DNA from: Longimicrobiales bacterium
GTDB taxonomy: Bacteria; Gemmatimonadota; Gemmatimonadetes; Longimicrobiales; Gaopeijiaceae
Direction: 5' to 3'
Length of the DNA stretch: 64,000 nucleotides
Assembly (NCBI GenBank): GCA_028279425.1
Contig: JANQNV010000132.1
Span: 19,015-83,014, forward strand
Below are positions 37,122 through 46,365 of the stretch, in pieces (position 1 is the first letter of the stretch; every line of letters starts with the position of its first letter). A program made the translations under genes and the position numbers. The notes beneath the pieces are model-generated. The model was not told the origin of the DNA, did no database searches, and worked only from the letters and a program-made list of their open reading frames with translations.

Positions 37122-37466
37122 ATGCAGTACATGCTCTTGATCTACGACAACGAGGCCGCCGCAGGCGAGACCAGTGCGGAGGAGATGCAGAAGTGGTTCG
37201 AAGTGACGCAGGCCATGCAGGACGCCGGGGTCATGCGTGGCGGCGAGGCGCTGCACCCCACGACTACGGCCACCACGGTGCGGGTGCAGAACGGCGAGAC
37301 GGTGACCACCGACGGCCCCTTTGCCGAGACGCGTGAGCAGCTGGGCGGCTACTACATCGTCGACGTGCCCGACCTCGACGCGGCCATCACATGGGCAGCC
37401 CGCCTTCCGAGCGCGGATCGAGGCCCGGTCGAGGTGCGGCCCGTCATGGTTTTCGACGAGGGTTGA
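37122..37466 (+). CDS. YciI/DGPF-family protein
   Basis: [28 protein letters not shown]; AAGGAGG RBS. Confidence 0.93.
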   Translation: MQYMLLIYDNEAAAGETSAEEMQKWFEVTQAMQDAGVMRGGEALHPTTTATTVRVQNGETVTTDGPFAETREQLGGYYIVDVPDLDAAITWAARLPSADRGPVEVRPVMVFDEG

Positions 37467-37470
37467 GGCA

Positions 37471-38769
37471 GTGCGGGAGGAGGCGCCGCAGGGCCGGGCT
37501 CCGCAGGGTGCTGTGGGGTCGGTACCGGCCCGGGTAGTGGAGCGGGTGTATCGGGAGGAACGGGCGGCGATCGTGGCCGGCCTCATCCGGCTCTGCGGCG
37601 ACTTCTCTCTCGCCGAGGACGTGGTGCAGGACGCCTTTTCCAAGGCGCTGGAACGGTGGCCCGATGAAGGTGTGCCGCCGAACCCGGCCGGGTGGGTGGC
37701 GACCTCGGCCCGCCGGCGGGCGATCGATCTGGTGCGGCGCGCGGAGCGTTTCCGGGAGAAGGCGTTGGTGCTCCGGCGCCTCGAGGCGGCCGAGGTCGAT
37801 ACGAACCCGGTGGTGATGCCCGGCGAGGACGGTCCCCACGACGACCGCCTGCGGCTGCTGTTCACCTGTTGCCACCCCGCGCTCTCGCTGGAGGCGCAGG
37901 TGGCGCTCACCTTGCGGGTGGTGGGCGGCCTCTCGACCCGCGAGATCGCGCGCGCCTTCGTCGTCGCCGACACGACGATGGGACAGCGGCTGGTGCGGGC
38001 GAAGGCGAAGATTCGAGACGCGGGGATCCCGTTTCGTGTGCCCGTGGGGCCGGCACTCGAACCCCGACTGGGCGCCGTCCTATCCGTACTCTACCTCATC
38101 TTCAACGAGGGGTACGCAGCCACGGAGTCGGAGCAGCTCGTGCGGGCCGACGTGTGTGATGAGGCGATACGCCTCGCCCGACTCGTCGTCGAGTTGATGC
38201 CCCGGGAGCCGGAGGCGCGGGGGCTGCTCGCCCTCATGCTGCTGCACCATGCCCGGCGGCATGCTCGGGTTGCCGACGGCGAACTGGTGCTTCTCGAGGA
38301 TCAAGATCGGGGGCGCTGGGACCGCGCGGCGATCGAAGAAGGCGCCGTCCTGGTCGAAGGCGCGCTCAAGCAGGGGCAGGTAGGCCCCTATCAGATCCAG
38401 GCCGCGATCGCCGCACTCCACGCGCAGGCCGACACGCCAGGGGACACCGATTGGCCCCAGATCGGCGCCCTGTACACGGTGCTCGAGCGAATCCACTCCA
38501 CGCCGGTCGTCCGGCTGAACCGTGCCGTTGCCATCGCGATGGCGGGCGACGTCGAAAGCGGACTGGAGATGGTCGAGCGCCTTGGCGCGGAGGGTACGCT
38601 GGAGCGATACCACCTCTTCCACGCCGCCCGCGCCGATCTGCTCCGGCGGCTGGGTCGGGCCGAGGCCTCGCGCGCTGCGTACCAGCGGGCGCTGTCGACC
38701 TGCACCCACCCACTCGAGCGACGCTTTCTGGAGCGGGGGCTGCGTGCGGTCGAGAGGCCCGGACGGTAG
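37471..38769 (+). CDS. ECF sigma factor with C-terminal TPR extension (ECF42-type)
   Basis: [50 protein letters not shown]; adjacent DGPF gene. Confidence 0.92.
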   Translation: MREEAPQGRAPQGAVGSVPARVVERVYREERAAIVAGLIRLCGDFSLAEDVVQDAFSKALERWPDEGVPPNPAGWVATSARRRAIDLVRRAERFREKALVLRRLEAAEVDTNPVVMPGEDGPHDDRLRLLFTCCHPALSLEAQVALTLRVVGGLSTREIARAFVVADTTMGQRLVRAKAKIRDAGIPFRVPVGPALEPRLGAVLSVLYLIFNEGYAATESEQLVRADVCDEAIRLARLVVELMPREPEARGLLALMLLHHARRHARVADGELVLLEDQDRGRWDRAAIEEGAVLVEGALKQGQVGPYQIQAAIAALHAQADTPGDTDWPQIGALYTVLERIHSTPVVRLNRAVAIAMAGDVESGLEMVERLGAEGTLERYHLFHAARADLLRRLGRAEASRAAYQRALSTCTHPLERRFLERGLRAVERPGR

Positions 38770-38866
38770 ACGAGGATTCGGTTGCGTCCTGTGCGGGCCG
38801 GCCGCAGTGTCGTGCTCTGGAGATCGGACTCCGTACGCTCTCGCACCCGAGGGATCGAGGTCATGC

Positions 38867-39382
38867 ATGACACAGATGCTTTCGAAGGCCAGCCTCTGGG
38901 TACTCGCGATTCTCATCGGGTGTGGGCCCGCTACTCACGCCGAGGACGCCGCGCAGGAGGCCACCGTGGATAGCCCCGCATACGCATCGCTCGCCAAGGG
39001 GACCTTCGAGGTCGCGATGGCCCCGCGCGACATGGAAGGGCCGACCCAGGAGGCGGGCGCCTCGGCATTTCGGCTCGACAAGACCTTCGCGGGCGATCTG
39101 GAGGGCACGAGCGCCGGGGAGATGATCGGCTATATCACCTCGGTCCAGAATTCGGCCGGGTACGTCGCCATCGAGGTCGTTACGGGTACTCTGGCCGGGC
39201 GCACTGGCTCATTCGTGCTGCAGCACAGCAGCACGATGGCGCAGGGTGAGCAGTTCCAGTCCATCGAGGTGATCCCGGATTCGGGCACCGGCGAGCTGGT
39301 GGGGCTGACGGGTCGAATGGTGATCACCGTCGAAGACGGCGCGCACCTGTACGACTTCGAGTACTCGCTGCCGGAGGGGTAG
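38867..39382 (+). CDS. DUF3224-family beta-barrel protein with N-terminal signal/lipoprotein extension
   Basis: KTFAGDLEGTS, SAGYVAIE, GSFVLQH, PDSGTGELVGL. Confidence 0.85.
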   Translation: MTQMLSKASLWVLAILIGCGPATHAEDAAQEATVDSPAYASLAKGTFEVAMAPRDMEGPTQEAGASAFRLDKTFAGDLEGTSAGEMIGYITSVQNSAGYVAIEVVTGTLAGRTGSFVLQHSSTMAQGEQFQSIEVIPDSGTGELVGLTGRMVITVEDGAHLYDFEYSLPEG

Positions 39383-39601
39383 GGCCGGGGGGGAGTTGGG
39401 GCGGAAGAGACCCGCGGCTGGGGGGGTGGAAGGAAGGGGTCGAGCCCCTGGTGGTGCTCCTCGCCGGCGTGCAGCTCGGGCGGAGCTTATGACGGCTCGA
39501 CGAAGTGGAGTCCCGGCGCGGCTGACGGGGTGGCTGCGATTGATCGTCGGAGGGCCAGGATTGGGGTTGCCCGTGCGCCAAAGCACCGGTCTATTCACGA
39601 C

Positions 39602-40321
39602 ATGGTCCGCGTCCGACACCTGAGCCGTGCCCCCATCAGCGAGGCGATCCTCGACATCCGGGTGCAGAAGATCGATCGCGACCATCGGCCCATCCTGTCG
39701 GAACTCGCAGAGGACACGGGATTCCCCAGCGTCCAGATCGGCTTCGAATTTCAGGCCGACCTCCCTCTCGAGCCGGGTGCCGATCTCCCGGAACCTCAGC
39801 CCGCCGGATTTCGTGCAGTCTCCGAGGAGCAGATCGTTCAGTTCCGATTCGACGGCGTCAGTGTCAGTCGGTTGCGACCTTATGGGACGTGGGACGAATT
39901 GGTGGATGTGACGAGATCCGCCTGGGACTGCTACCGGGACCGTCTTGGCGATCTTCGGGTAAGCCGGTTAGGTGCTCGTTACGTCAACCATCTTCGTCTT
40001 CCCTACCCAGGGATAGAGCTGGAGACCTTCTTCGAGGGACTTCCGGCTGACCCGCCTGAGTGGCCATCCACGATTTCTTCGCTTCTGCAGAGAAGGACGT
40101 TGCACGAGGGAGACTTTGCAGTCCATATCTCGCACGCCCTTGCCGATGATGTAGACGAGGGCAGCCTCGGAATGATCTTCGACATCGACGCGTTCACTCT
40201 GGTGGACTTCGGAGGAGACGAGAGCGAAGCGATATGGGAGACGTTCGCACGCTTGAGAGAACTGAAGAACCGGATCTTTTTCGGGGGCCTGACCGACGAG
40301 GCCCTGTCCCACTACGAGTAG
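39602..40321 (+). CDS. TIGR04255-like protein
   Basis: HLSRAPISEAILDIR, PYGTWDE, SRLGARYVNHL, FDIDAF, LRELKNRIFF. Confidence 0.75.
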   Translation: MVRVRHLSRAPISEAILDIRVQKIDRDHRPILSELAEDTGFPSVQIGFEFQADLPLEPGADLPEPQPAGFRAVSEEQIVQFRFDGVSVSRLRPYGTWDELVDVTRSAWDCYRDRLGDLRVSRLGARYVNHLRLPYPGIELETFFEGLPADPPEWPSTISSLLQRRTLHEGDFAVHISHALADDVDEGSLGMIFDIDAFTLVDFGGDESEAIWETFARLRELKNRIFFGGLTDEALSHYE

Positions 40322-40328
40322 AGACCCG

Positions 40329-40799
40329 ATGAGAGTTGTGAAGACGGCCGAAACGTCGCACGGGTTCGTGTCATCCCGCGGGGAGAGTCAGGACGCGCAG
40401 ACGCTGTATGCTAGGGTTGTCCAAGCCCTGAGGGACATGAGGTGGAGCGGCCGCAAGGTCGCCCTGTCGGACCTGCGTACCCTACTGGCAGAAGCGAACT
40501 GCGTCGACTGGGACGGGGACGACTCGCAGCCTATCGGAGCGGATGTGTATCGGAGCGCGAGGCGCTTTCTCGAGGCCCTGCCAGCTGCGTTCCCCGATCC
40601 AGAGGTGAGCGCGGGTCCGGACGGAGAGGTCTCGTTCGACTGGTTCCCTTGTCCCGGTCAGATGTTCACCGTCCTCATCCTGCCCGGGGGGAAGGTTATC
40701 TATTCGAGCGTGGGACCTGATCAGCGCCTTTCCGGGAGCGAGGATCTCGGAGAAACCGTTCCTGACCGGGTCCTGTCCGAACTGCGGCGCCTCTACTGA
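40329..40799 (+). CDS. Hypothetical protein (WDGxxxxPI...PxPxxxxxxDG...W pattern), putative antitoxin/immunity
   Basis: DWDGDDSQPI..ARRFLEALPAAFPDPEVSAGPDGEVSFDW; middle gene of a tight three-gene operon. Confidence 0.6.
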   Translation: MRVVKTAETSHGFVSSRGESQDAQTLYARVVQALRDMRWSGRKVALSDLRTLLAEANCVDWDGDDSQPIGADVYRSARRFLEALPAAFPDPEVSAGPDGEVSFDWFPCPGQMFTVLILPGGKVIYSSVGPDQRLSGSEDLGETVPDRVLSELRRLY

Positions 40800-40806
40800 G
40801 CCACGG

Positions 40807-41184
40807 GTGTCGGATCTCGCGCGTTACGTCTACCAGAGCCGGCACCTTAAGGGGGGTAGGCTGCGCTGGCAGGCGTTTCACCCTTCGCGTGAATCGGAGG
40901 ACCTCTCGGTCTTCGACATTCGGGACGCCGACGTCGACGCGAAGGAGGCGCTCGACGAGGAGGTCGCAACCTTCGAGCGCGGACGGCCGAAAGGTCGAGC
41001 CGAGCTTCCGATGGCCGCGGTCGAGGATGCTGGCCTAGAGTATCTTCGCGACGACATTCCGATCGCCCGTCATGCAAACCTTCGTGGCTTCCCTGTCGGC
41101 GGTGACGAGATCGTCACGAAGGCGGCGCGCACACAGATCGCTCAGGTCCTTGCGCTGCGCGCGACTATTGGTCGACTGATGTAG
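40807..41184 (+). CDS. Small putative ART/RES-like toxin
   Basis: LARYV..AFHP..LSVF..GLEYLRD...RHANLRG; R-S-H order typical of small ART-fold proteins. Confidence 0.55.
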   Translation: MSDLARYVYQSRHLKGGRLRWQAFHPSRESEDLSVFDIRDADVDAKEALDEEVATFERGRPKGRAELPMAAVEDAGLEYLRDDIPIARHANLRGFPVGGDEIVTKAARTQIAQVLALRATIGRLM

Positions 41185-41340
41185 TTCGTGGCCATGCCCG
41201 ACTGCGGGAAGGTCCCTGGCCTCTCGCCCCATTGCAACGCACCACCCCCTCCCTCCGTCCAACCCGGTGCTTTCCGGGACTCGCGCGGCTCAGGCGCGAT
41301 CCCACCGGTCGATTCTCCATGGCGGAATGGGTTCAAGCCG

Positions 41341-42351
41341 ATGCGATGCACCGCGTGTCTTCTTCTCGTGGCCGCAGGCCTCGCGGCCTGCTCCACCGTA
41401 GGCAGTGCGCCCGCTCCGGGTGCCGACGCTGACCCTCCCACACCCGCGGCGTCACGCGCGCCTGCGTCGTCACCGGCAGCGGCGCCGCCGGCCACCACCC
41501 CACCGCCTGCGGCCGCGCCCGTGGAGGCCCCTGTACTCCCCACCCTCCGCCCCGTCGGAAACCGGGGCTTCTACGCCCTGTCCGGCGAGTTCGCCGAGTT
41601 CAATGTCGATGATCCGACCGTCGAAGTGTGGACCCCCGAGGGGCGCCCCGACGCGCCAATCGTGGTCTACGCGCACGGCGGCGGGGGATACCAGGACGAC
41701 GACCGGGCCCGCGTCGAGATGTTTCGACGCAACGGCTTCGCGACGATCTCGTTCGACTCCTACCTCATGAACGGCTTCACCGACTGGGAGTTCGTCGCGC
41801 GGCGGATCACCAACGGTGGAAAGCAGGAGATGATCTGGAACGTCTTCCGGGGCGCGCTCGACCATGCGAAGTCGGGCGGGGCGTGGGACCACCGCGCCAT
41901 CGTGCTCTACGGGGGCTCCAACGGAGGGCGGGTCGTATTGCGTGCGGGGGCGGAGCTTGCCGATGCCGCGGCCAAGGCGATCGTGGCCGAGGCTCCCGCG
42001 GCGAGCGGCTACGAGCTGGGCCACGTTACCGTGCCGACCCTCATCCCCTTCGGCGCGCTCGACACCTGGGCGGGGCGGTCGGACACGGACTACGTCTGGC
42101 GCCGGACCTACCCCACATCCCCCGTCTCCCTCGAGGCGTGGGTAGAGGGGCAGCAGCATGCCGGCCACCCGGTCCGCTTCATCTTCTACGAAGACGCCGG
42201 CCACCTGCTGTTCGCGGGTCCGCTGCGGGAAGTCACGGTGCAGCGGGGAGAGGCGGTCGCGTTCACGTCGTACGAAGGAGCGGGCCCCGGGGTGCTCGAG
42301 CAGTACGAGCGCGACGTCATCGGGTTCGTGCGGGAGGCGTTGGGTCGGTAG
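41341..42351 (+). CDS. Alpha/beta hydrolase lipoprotein (dienelactone hydrolase-like)
   Basis: Lipobox LAAC, Pro/Ala linker, HGGGG, GGSNGG nucleophile elbow, GALD, AGH. Confidence 0.8.
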   Translation: MRCTACLLLVAAGLAACSTVGSAPAPGADADPPTPAASRAPASSPAAAPPATTPPPAAAPVEAPVLPTLRPVGNRGFYALSGEFAEFNVDDPTVEVWTPEGRPDAPIVVYAHGGGGYQDDDRARVEMFRRNGFATISFDSYLMNGFTDWEFVARRITNGGKQEMIWNVFRGALDHAKSGGAWDHRAIVLYGGSNGGRVVLRAGAELADAAAKAIVAEAPAASGYELGHVTVPTLIPFGALDTWAGRSDTDYVWRRTYPTSPVSLEAWVEGQQHAGHPVRFIFYEDAGHLLFAGPLREVTVQRGEAVAFTSYEGAGPGVLEQYERDVIGFVREALGR

Positions 42352-42426
42352 CCCTCGTCCGAACGATGCCGCTCGTCGACCTTTGTGATCCACTCTGTGA
42401 ACGCAACGAGAGTCGAGGGATCACGC

Positions 42427-43104
42427 ATGAAGCAAAGGACCGCTCTGGTAACCGGAGCTAATCGCGGGATCGGGCTGGCGATCGCGACGGGGCTGGCCGA
42501 ACAGGGCCTGCGGGTGCTCACCGCAGCGCGCACACGCGCCAGGGCCCAGGAAGCCGCGGAGCAAGTTGGGGGGATCGCCGTCGAACTCGACCTCTCCGTT
42601 CCCCGGCACGTCGAAGCGATCGCCGCGGGGCTGGAAGACGAGCATGGCCCGATCGACATCCTCGTCAACAACGCGGGGGTCATGCCTCCGGGCTCGGCCC
42701 TCGAGGCCACGGTCGAGCAGCTCGAGGACACGCTCAACGTCAACGCCGTCTCCGCGTTCGCTCTGATTCGCGCGGTCGGTCCCGCGATGAAGGAGCGCAA
42801 GTGGGGGCGGATCGTGAACGTCTCGTCGGGATGGGGCTCGTTCGCATCCGGCCTCGGAGGGCCCTTCGCCTACTCCGTGAGCAAGGCCACGCTGAACGCG
42901 ATCACGCACACTTCCGCCCGGGCGCTGGGGCCCCACGTCAAGGTGAATTCGGTGTGCCCCGGATGGGTTCGCACCCGGATGGGAGGGATGGACGCGACGC
43001 GATCCGTCGAAGAGGGCGCCGACACCCCGATCTGGCTCGCGACCCTGCCGGACGATGGGCCGACGGGTGGCTTCTTCCGGCGACGTCAGCGGATCGACTG
43101 GTAG
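42427..43104 (+). CDS. Short-chain dehydrogenase/reductase (carbonyl reductase-like)
   Basis: TGANRGIG, NNAG, YSVSK, VCPGWVRTRMGG. Confidence 0.95.
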   Translation: MKQRTALVTGANRGIGLAIATGLAEQGLRVLTAARTRARAQEAAEQVGGIAVELDLSVPRHVEAIAAGLEDEHGPIDILVNNAGVMPPGSALEATVEQLEDTLNVNAVSAFALIRAVGPAMKERKWGRIVNVSSGWGSFASGLGGPFAYSVSKATLNAITHTSARALGPHVKVNSVCPGWVRTRMGGMDATRSVEEGADTPIWLATLPDDGPTGGFFRRRQRIDW

Positions 43105-43195
43105 CTACCCTCAGAGCGCGCCGCCCCGAGTCTGCGTCAAGAATGAGCGCGAAGGCGGCCACGAGGACGTTGGAGTCCAGGCAAACCCGGATCAC
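43105..43195 (-). pseudogene. N-terminal remnant of a PIN-domain toxin
   Basis: GTG overlapping the antitoxin stop; MIRVCLDSNVLVAAF matches the PIN start (VxLDTNVL); similarity is lost after about 15 codons and the frame runs into the convergent SDR. Confidence 0.65.
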
Positions 43196-43413
43196 GACAA
43201 CAGTTTGAAGACGTCCTCGTCGGTGTCGACTCCCTTAGCCTCCGCGAAAGGAACGGTCCACCTGTGCGCCTCTTCGAAAAGACGAAGCGTTAGCTGCCTT
43301 CGAAGCGCATCGCGCACGACTTCGCTGCGCGACTGGCCGGTGTGGCGGCACACGTCGTCAAGGAGTTCCTTGAGCTGCGGGTCGAGTCGGATCGTGACGG
43401 CGGACGTCTTCAT
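43192..43413 (-). CDS. CopG/RHH antitoxin
   Basis: VTIRLD..L...GQSRSEVVRDALRR..TDEDVF. Confidence 0.85.
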   Translation of the reverse strand: MKTSAVTIRLDPQLKELLDDVCRHTGQSRSEVVRDALRRQLTLRLFEEAHRWTVPFAEAKGVDTDEDVFKLLS

Positions 43414-43439
43414 CTCGCAGACCTCGTTTCGACGCCGCT

Positions 43440-44591
43440 TCACTCGAACGTCCACCAGCGTAGCGACTGGACGCCCAGATCATCAGAGGTCCTTACGACC
43501 AGGGTGTCACCCCGGGCCGCGAGAAGGCGGGCCGGCTCGGGGAGGAGGCCCCGCCGAACGGATTCTCTGGACAGGTCGATCCGGTAGACTCGTCGGGACG
43601 GCGACTGACCTGGCGCGAAGGCCTGAACCCAGACGACGTCGCTCGAACCCGCAACGACCTGTTCCGCCCAGGGCAAGTGCGGCGGGCGAAACACGTCGTC
43701 GAACATCGCGTCGATTAGGCCGCTGCTGCCGGGTCGAGAAGAGGCGAGGGCGGCTTGGTAGAGGGAGTCCCACTGTTCGGCCCCCACCGGCTGGCGTGAG
43801 TCGGGCCAGCGGAAGACCCCCTCGTGCCGGCCGGAGTCGTTGACCAGGATCACTTCGGGATCCCCGCCCGAGGCGAACACCGCACCGCCCCCTGGTCGAC
43901 TCTCGACGATGGGGTGGGCGGAGATGGGGAGTGGCAAGGACGTCGAACCCATGAGGACCTCGGGGGGTCCGGGGCGCTCCAGAAGCGCTGCGTAGACACC
44001 GTTTTCCGGCGCCACATCGAGTGCGACGACGGACTCGATCCTCGTTGCGTTGGTTGTTGTCGCCTCCCTCGAGCGGCCCATCTGGAGTCGAATGGCCAGA
44101 ACCCCGCCCGAACCCAGGCGGACGCCATACAAGGGTAGGGTGGGCGACGGGGTCTCTCGCACGTAGACTCCGTCGCTGTCGAAGGTGACCAGCCGCTGGC
44201 GGCGCCGGTCGAAGACATGGACCTCTCCCGGGCTCTGACTCACGGATACCGGGGCGGTGAATTCCCCGGGTCCTTCTCCGCCGCGTCCGAAGGCCCGTGA
44301 GTCGCCGTCCGGCGACATCAGCACCACCCGTCGACTCGTTGCATCGAGCATGGCGACCGTGCCATCAGGACCCACCGATGCGTCGCTGATGCGAGCCAGC
44401 TCCCAGTGCCCGGAACTCACCGACCTTGTCTCGGTCCAATTCCCTTCGAGGCTGTCTGCCTCGCCCGTGTAGGTGTAGGCGGTGATCCCCCCGCTATCGG
44501 ACACCGACCACCGCCGGTCGACTTCGTCGCGCTCTGTGCAGCCGAGAAGGGCGACCAGCAGTAGTGTGATGGGAGTCCCTGAACGGGCCAT
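43440..44591 (-). CDS. 6-bladed beta-propeller lipoprotein
   Basis: Lipobox LLGC, DSGGI, FGRGGEGPGEF, DDLGVQSL. Confidence 0.8.
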   Translation of the reverse strand: MARSGTPITLLLVALLGCTERDEVDRRWSVSDSGGITAYTYTGEADSLEGNWTETRSVSSGHWELARISDASVGPDGTVAMLDATSRRVVLMSPDGDSRAFGRGGEGPGEFTAPVSVSQSPGEVHVFDRRRQRLVTFDSDGVYVRETPSPTLPLYGVRLGSGGVLAIRLQMGRSREATTTNATRIESVVALDVAPENGVYAALLERPGPPEVLMGSTSLPLPISAHPIVESRPGGGAVFASGGDPEVILVNDSGRHEGVFRWPDSRQPVGAEQWDSLYQAALASSRPGSSGLIDAMFDDVFRPPHLPWAEQVVAGSSDVVWVQAFAPGQSPSRRVYRIDLSRESVRRGLLPEPARLLAARGDTLVVRTSDDLGVQSLRWWTFE

Positions 44592-44773
44592 GGTTCCGGT
44601 GCGCGGCGGTGGTGGCGGCGATAGACTGCGCGTTTATTGTCACTATGTGTTTGATCCGCCGGGGTGGGCAAGCTTGCGGTCGCTTCCAGCTCCTCGGCGA
44701 AGCGCGTAAACGCCGGACACCCTCCCCGACTGCGAAGACTCTTGGAATGGTGCAACGACAGTAGGGTCATGGT

Positions 44774-45010
44774 ATGAAGACGACGATCTCCCTCCCCGAC
44801 AGCCTCGTCGAGTCCGCCGATGAGCTCGCCCAGCGGCTTGGCGTCTCTCGAAACGATCTCTATGCCGACGCCGTGGCGGAATACCTGGCCCGGCACCAGG
44901 TGGAAGACATCTCCGCCGGGCTGAACAAGGTCCACGCCGACGAAGAACGTGGTGTCGACTCGGCCGTGCGCTCTGCCCAGGCTCGCAGCCTCGACTCCCT
45001 CGATTGGTAG
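44774..45010 (+). CDS. RHH antitoxin (MazE/ChpI-like)
   Basis: MKTTISLPD...AQRLGVSRNDLY..AVAEY..LNKVH. Confidence 0.85.
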   Translation: MKTTISLPDSLVESADELAQRLGVSRNDLYADAVAEYLARHQVEDISAGLNKVHADEERGVDSAVRSAQARSLDSLDW

Positions 45011-45045
45011 TCCAACGTCGCGATGTACGGTGGGCCGATCTCGCC
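45004..45045 (+). pseudogene. N-terminal remnant of a MazF/PemK toxin
   Basis: TTG overlapping the antitoxin end reads MVVQRRDVRWADL, compare the MazF start MVxxRGDxxWADL; similarity stops before the RP motif. Confidence 0.6.
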
Positions 45046-45073
45046 AGCAGGGCGGCCGCGAACGACCCACTCC

Positions 45074-45796
45074 TCACTCCGCCGCGAGATCGTCGCGCAG
45101 CATGATGCAGTCGGTCTCGATCAACCGCGGAAAGTGGCCCCCGTTGTTGGGCACGAAGGCGCTGAGCGTGAATCCGTGGCTGCGGTACTCGGCCAGCGCC
45201 TCCACGAAGTCAACCGAATGATCGTAAATCTTCCGGACCGCCAGTTCGCTCTGGAGTCCGATGAAGTGGGGCAGGACGTCGGCGCCCGCGCGGACGACTT
45301 CGACGTCGTAGCCCTGGGTATCGAGCTTGAGGAAGGGCCGACGGAATCCCAGCTCTTCGCGGAGGCGTGTGAACGCTCGCGACAGCGTCTCCGTCTTCAC
45401 CGAGATGGACTCCCGCACGCGATTCCGCTCCTTGAACAACGCGGTTTCGTCGTGTCGCGGTGAACTGAGGGAGCTGAATTTCGAACCGGCCATGACGTGG
45501 AAGGCCTGTTCGCCGTCCGCGTTGGAGAGGGCGATGCCCTCGACGTGCCAGCGCGCGTCACGAGCCGATAGTTTCTCGAGGCGCGCCACCGCATCGGGGA
45601 TCGGCTCGAACGACACGATGAGTCCGCGATAGCCGACCTTGCGACGCAGCATCTTCGCGTACTGCCCGTAGTTGGCTCCCACGTCGAACACGCAGTCGAC
45701 GTCGAAGGCCTCGAACACCCTCTTCAGGTGCTCCACCTCCCAGTACTGATGGAGGCGGTCCATCCGAATGAGGCGCCACTGCTTGCGTTCGGGCAT
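45074..45796 (-). CDS. FkbM-family SAM methyltransferase
   Basis: FDVGANYGQY, SFEP, LKLDTQGYD. Confidence 0.92.
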   Translation of the reverse strand: MPERKQWRLIRMDRLHQYWEVEHLKRVFEAFDVDCVFDVGANYGQYAKMLRRKVGYRGLIVSFEPIPDAVARLEKLSARDARWHVEGIALSNADGEQAFHVMAGSKFSSLSSPRHDETALFKERNRVRESISVKTETLSRAFTRLREELGFRRPFLKLDTQGYDVEVVRAGADVLPHFIGLQSELAVRKIYDHSVDFVEALAEYRSHGFTLSAFVPNNGGHFPRLIETDCIMLRDDLAAE

Positions 45797-45935
45797 CGGG
45801 CTGTGCGGTGCGGGCGCGGGTGGGAGGCCGTCGAAGCGCGTCGGAGCGGCGGTGCGAGCACCAAGGGTAGCGGGAGTGCCGCTACCCGCGCATGGAGGCT
45901 CGTCGGCGACCGCCCTCTCGGACCGGACGCCCCCA

Positions 45936-45987
45936 CCTGTTGACGACCAAAAGGTAATCCCCCACCTTCCTGTCGAGGGCCAAAAGG
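45936..45987. promoter_or_regulatory. Tandem PadR operator sites
   Basis: CCTGTTGACGACCAAAAGG (45936-45954) and CCTGTCGAGGGCCAAAAGG (45969-45987), imperfect palindromes 33 bp apart just upstream of padR. Confidence 0.65.
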
Positions 45988-46005
45988 TAGATACCAGGGG
46001 AGGCC

Positions 46006-46365
46006 GTGATGGGTGAAGCGAAGGCAGATGTGTTGCTGGGGACGTTGGATCTGCTCCTGCTCAAGCTCCTGGAGCTGGGCCCCAATCACGGCTGGGGACT
46101 GGCCGAGCGCCTCGAAGAGGTCAGCGACGGCGTCTTCTGTGTGAACCAGGGCTCGGTCTATCCGGCCCTGCAGCGGCTGAAGCGAAAGGGCTTCGTGCGA
46201 AGCAGCTGGGGGGTATCCGAAAACGGCCGCCGGGCGCGCTTCTACGAACTGACCGGCGGCGGTGCGGGGGCTCTGAAGGACGAGTTGGCTCGCTGGGCTC
46301 GCACGGCCGGTGCCGTCGAGCAGGTCATCGCCCTGAAGCCCTCGACGTCGGAAGCCCGAGGATGA
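46006..46365 (+). CDS. PadR-family regulator (acidobacterial type)
   Basis: GTLDLLLLK..HGWG..GSVYPAL..WGVSENGRRARFYELT. Confidence 0.93.
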   Translation: MMGEAKADVLLGTLDLLLLKLLELGPNHGWGLAERLEEVSDGVFCVNQGSVYPALQRLKRKGFVRSSWGVSENGRRARFYELTGGGAGALKDELARWARTAGAVEQVIALKPSTSEARG

